A stretch of DNA of 63,003 nt, the filler included, from Circinaria calcarea (taxonomy: Eukaryota): assembly GCA_051942165.1 (NCBI GenBank). It is 29 parts of 29 records of this genome, joined end to end, with 100 filler letters (N's around TTAATTAATTAA, not from the genome) between each part and the next. Parts side by side here need not be neighbours in the genome. Positions count along the whole stretch, not along the records: positions 58,787 to 60,847 come from JAVECS010003922.1; positions 60,948 to 63,003 come from JAVECS010003923.1; 27 more parts are not named here. One strand, given 5' to 3'. Positions 59,831 through 63,003 of the stretch are shown in pieces. A program made the position numbers and the translations under genes. Positions within the stretch are counted from its first letter, which is position 1. Each line of letters starts with the position of its first letter. A model generated the notes under the pieces. The model had not been told where the DNA came from. It did no database searches and saw nothing but the letters and a program-made list of their open reading frames with translations.

Positions 59831-60847
59831 TCATCTAAGCCGCGGAATTGGTGAGGGAGAGGAGTCCATAGGAGACGTTTTGTTTTGATTCGATACCTGT
59901 GCAGTTGATTGACGAGGGGTAGCGTCCATGTCGATATCTTTAGCTACATGGCCGGCGGCATCCTTGGAAAAAATTTCAGGAGGAACGATTGAAGCATGGT
60001 GAGAGTTATGCTCATCTTGCGTCGTAAGCTTGGAAGATGAAAGACAGTCCTCCTTTTGAACCTCTTCGGACCTGGATATAACACTTCCACGACTAGTGGT
60101 CCTCATCATTTCTATAGCAAGTTTGGACCCACGAGCCTTGGTCCCGGGGCTTTTTGGTTGGGCGAGCTCTTCATCTTCGTCGTCTCCAGATTCCGTACAT
60201 TCATGACGTTTCTTCTCTATACTTTCCCGCTTTGCTCGAATAGACTCGGTAGATGGTTGTTTTCTAGGTGATTGCAGTGCTAGAGTTGGTGGCGCCGAAT
60301 TGTGATGAAGCAGATGTGGGAGCCCTGGATGGATGAACATTTTTGGATCATTTGAATCGTCTGTGATACCGAGGCCACTAGACCAATCGTCTCCTTGGTG
60401 ACTAATAATCACAGGACCAACTTCTGCGGCTGTTGCATCAATGTCTCCAAAAAAGCTGGAGCTGATGGAGTCCTCTCGGCTCGATCCGCGAAAGGAGCCT
60501 GGGGGTATGCGAGTGAATGGTCCTGATGATTGCGAGCTTGGGCTGTCATCTGTATGACGAGACTCTTGTCGAAGTCCTGATGGTGCAATGTGTGGCATAT
60601 CTGGGTTGTAATCAGGTGGTGGGGGTTTCCACGTGCATAAGTTGCTTAATACTTCGGTAAGTTTTTCTAGGGTGGGTGGTTTCTCGATCAATGAGTCAAA
60701 GTGATGATTCTCAGGAAGTTCTTTAAGATAACCAGTAACCGCAATAATAGGTGTCTGGGTATTTTTACTCTTAGTGTCTCTTATCATACGCGCCACGTCT
60801 GGACCGTTCATCTGCGGCAATTTCACCTCCATCATGATGATATCGAA
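59831..60847 (-). CDS. RIM15: Rim15/Cek1 kinase C-terminus (receiver domain and tail)
   Basis: FDIIMMEVKLPQMNGPDVARMIRDTK..NTQTPIIAVTGYLKELP..HHFDSLIEKP is a REC domain with Glu at the phospho-Asp site. ESGDDEDEEL tail. Confidence 0.88.
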   Translation of the reverse strand, partial: FDIIMMEVKLPQMNGPDVARMIRDTKSKNTQTPIIAVTGYLKELPENHHFDSLIEKPPTLEKLTEVLSNLCTWKPPPPDYNPDMPHIAPSGLRQESRHTDDSPSSQSSGPFTRIPPGSFRGSSREDSISSSFFGDIDATAAEVGPVIISHQGDDWSSGLGITDDSNDPKMFIHPGLPHLLHHNSAPPTLALQSPRKQPSTESIRAKRESIEKKRHECTESGDDEDEELAQPKSPGTKARGSKLAIEMMRTTSRGSVISRSEEVQKEDCLSSSKLTTQDEHNSHHASIVPPEIFSKDAAGHVAKDIDMDATPRQSTAQVSNQNKTSPMDSSPSPIPRLR

Positions 60848-60947
60848 NNNNNNNNNNNNNNNNNNNNNNNNNNNNNNNNNNNNNNNNNNNNTTAATTAAT
60901 TAANNNNNNNNNNNNNNNNNNNNNNNNNNNNNNNNNNNNNNNNNNNN

Positions 60948-61667
60948 TTATCGAGCGCAAGCACTTCAAACGGCGACGGATCCCTTCCAAGCTCCCTTTT
61001 AGATCTCTATCCATTTGGACACGATGCGGTCTTTGTTACGGATAAACTCAAATCACTCCAAAGCAGCTTCAAAGACAAAACATCCGAGCTCATTACTGAC
61101 AGTATCTACGTGGTCTTCAAAAACGTCATGAAGCCACGCCTTCGGCCAATACTGGCAGACACCTTTCGCGACATCGACTATTCTACGACAGGAGAGGACA
61201 CGGACGAGCTTGGAGAGAAGCTCGAAGCAGAGAATGACGGCGATATCATGGCTGAAGATACCGTCTTGCGGCGCTTCCAGCAAGGTTGGGAGGCTCTCAC
61301 GAAGCCTATTGCAAGGATCCTCACTGATCCGAACTTTGACCGACTTCTCGCCCAAGTGATCTCATACCTCGGAGAGGTCCTCGAGAAGCGCATCTGGAGT
61401 TATTATGGTCGAATCAATAGCCTTGGTGCTGTGCGTCTCGAGCGTGACATTGCAAGCATTGTGAGTCTCGTTGTGCGTGGTGGACGTTATGCGCTTCGAG
61501 ATTCCTTTACGCGCTGCACGCAGATTTGCCTGGTGATGAACATGGAAGATGATGAGTGGGAGGATCTGCAGTCGACACGAGGAGGCCTGGGTGAGGATGG
61601 AGTCGAGTGGAAGATTGATGGTGAGGAGCGGAGTCGGGCGAAGGCGATGATCAGGAATCCCAGCTGA
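60948..61667 (+). CDS. COG4: COG complex subunit 4, C-terminus
   Basis: VMKPRLRPILADTFRDIDY, RFQQGWEALTKP, LEKRIW, INSLGAVRLERDI and RYALRDSFTRCTQI. Confidence 0.88.
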   Translation, partial: LSSASTSNGDGSLPSSLLDLYPFGHDAVFVTDKLKSLQSSFKDKTSELITDSIYVVFKNVMKPRLRPILADTFRDIDYSTTGEDTDELGEKLEAENDGDIMAEDTVLRRFQQGWEALTKPIARILTDPNFDRLLAQVISYLGEVLEKRIWSYYGRINSLGAVRLERDIASIVSLVVRGGRYALRDSFTRCTQICLVMNMEDDEWEDLQSTRGGLGEDGVEWKIDGEERSRAKAMIRNPS

Positions 61668-61857
61668 TGGGTAGCTGAGTACTGTATGCTACATAGTACG
61701 ATGAGTATGAAACAAGGCTTATTAGCTTCCTCTCGATATAAGATTCATTCTATTGTTGATTCTCCGATATCATGCAGCATAGATGGAAGGGTGATATATC
61801 TCATTAACCGCCGCACATGCCTGAGCCGGGGGCCATTCATCGTATGATACTTTGGGA

Positions 61858-63003
61858 CTACAGTGCAGGATTCAAAGGAGTCTCGGGAATTATCAGGCTC
61901 CCAGGACCTTGCAGGTCAAGCAACTCTTTCCGTCTGTCCAGCAGGCGCTTGGCAAAAGGGTGACCGTGACCCCCAATCGTGCTCAGCCCATCTGATATTT
62001 CATCGCACATGCGGATTGCATCGCTGAACTTGCCTTGGGCCTGATAACAGCGCAAGAGGTACCACATTGCAATGATGCGGTCGGGATGTTCTCCGTCCCG
62101 CGCGGCGGACTTGTACCTTTGGCGCTGGATCACGTCGGTGAAGATGTCTTCGGCTTCGCCGTACCGTTCCTGGCGAACGAGTACCTGGGCCAAATGGACC
62201 CTTCCGGAGAGAGTTCCAAAGTGATTCTCGCCCAGGTTTCGTTCTGCGATAGGCAGGGTAGCGCGCATGAGGCGTTCGGCTTCGTCCATGTCGCCGAGAG
62301 CACTCTTGATCCTGGCAAGGTTGCAAATGGCCAGAAGGGTATATGGCTGCTCCTTTCCTAGCTTTTTCGTGCGTTGTTCAAGCACCTGGAGCATCATCTC
62401 ATGCGCGGCTTCTAGGAACTCCCCTCCTAGTTCCAAGTATGTCATGGCGAGATTGTCGATAGCGTTCAAAGTATCAATATGCGTCGGCCCTAGTACTTTC
62501 GTCATTCCATCAACTGCTTTTGCGTGCAAATCTTTTGCTACATCAAATCTGAAATATCTGTAGTGTACTCGACCGAGGTTGTCAGTAGCACGCAGAGTGT
62601 CTTCATGATCTGCCCCTAGATTTCTGGTCATTCCTTCAAGCGCTTTTTCATGAAGCATTAGTGCCTCCTTGTATCGTCCCTGATAGCAACGGGATCCACC
62701 TAGAGTATCCATTGCTTTGAGTGTCTTTTGATGATCTGGTCCAAAGGAGGTAATGCAAGCTTGCAGTACCTGATCCTGCAGCTCTGCTGCTTCATTGCCA
62801 CGCGTCTGTTGCCAATATGTACCAGCCAGGGCAAGCACGATGCGCATAGCGGCAGGATGCTCCATACCCAGCATCCTGCAAACAAAGTCCTTGACTACTA
62901 GCTGGAGCTTTTCTGCTTCGGCCCAACGTCCACATTGCGAATAGATCAGCCTGAACTTTGCCAACTGTACGGCCTGTCTTCGATCGAATCTGGGAGTAGG
63001 TAC
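61858..63003 (-). CDS. Kinesin-light-chain-type TPR (TPR_10/12) repeat C-terminus, probably of an NB-ARC/NLR-like protein
   Basis: About seven ~42-aa repeats of the pattern GrwxEAexL..v......LGxxHPxTL....nLa. Confidence 0.85.
   Translation of the reverse strand, partial: VPTPRFDRRQAVQLAKFRLIYSQCGRWAEAEKLQLVVKDFVCRMLGMEHPAAMRIVLALAGTYWQQTRGNEAAELQDQVLQACITSFGPDHQKTLKAMDTLGGSRCYQGRYKEALMLHEKALEGMTRNLGADHEDTLRATDNLGRVHYRYFRFDVAKDLHAKAVDGMTKVLGPTHIDTLNAIDNLAMTYLELGGEFLEAAHEMMLQVLEQRTKKLGKEQPYTLLAICNLARIKSALGDMDEAERLMRATLPIAERNLGENHFGTLSGRVHLAQVLVRQERYGEAEDIFTDVIQRQRYKSAARDGEHPDRIIAMWYLLRCYQAQGKFSDAIRMCDEISDGLSTIGGHGHPFAKRLLDRRKELLDLQGPGSLIIPETPLNPAL

Noticed and set aside
59831..60847. Receiver domain lacking the phospho-acceptor Asp
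   Set aside because: Glu at this site is the known state of fungal Rim15, so it is not novel.
2096..60947. Regularly spaced TTAATTAATTAA 'repeat' every ~2.17 kb
   Set aside because: It is embedded in N runs and gives stops in all six frames. This is a synthetic linker, not a CRISPR array or a biological repeat.

Overview
This is not one locus. It is 29 unrelated contigs of about 2.05-2.1 kb, sorted by decreasing length and joined by artificial 100-nt spacers (44 N + TTAATTAATTAA + 44 N). The DNA is from an intron-containing filamentous ascomycete (Pezizomycotina; EF-3, PalI-type and Rim15 genes, CTAAC/CTGAC branch sites). A lichen-forming lineage is only a weak impression. Most contigs carry pieces of conserved housekeeping genes: XPF/RAD1, LAS17, BBC1, HST3, TPS1, EMW1/TTC27, YEF3, RPT5, ADHFE1-type HOT, RAD21, FMP32-like, SEC53, PUS7, RUS1, RIM15 and COG4. 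Others carry lineage-specific secreted or membrane proteins, an intronless NimA-like kinase with 32-aa repeats, and a TPR/NLR-like C-terminus. The most informative non-genic signal is the mobile DNA: four solo-LTR families (one in 4 copies), a full-length Tc1 (DD34E) element killed by four probable CAA>TAA changes, and a carboxylesterase gene interrupted by a solo LTR and carrying probable CAG>TAG stops. Together these point to RIP-like mutation that also hit a host gene. There is also a 171-bp near-perfect palindrome and LTRs with alternating inverted 9-mer arrays. I cannot support a claim of a new multi-gene system, because adjacency across spacers is meaningless. All calls come from reading the sequence and recalling family motifs; no database search was run.
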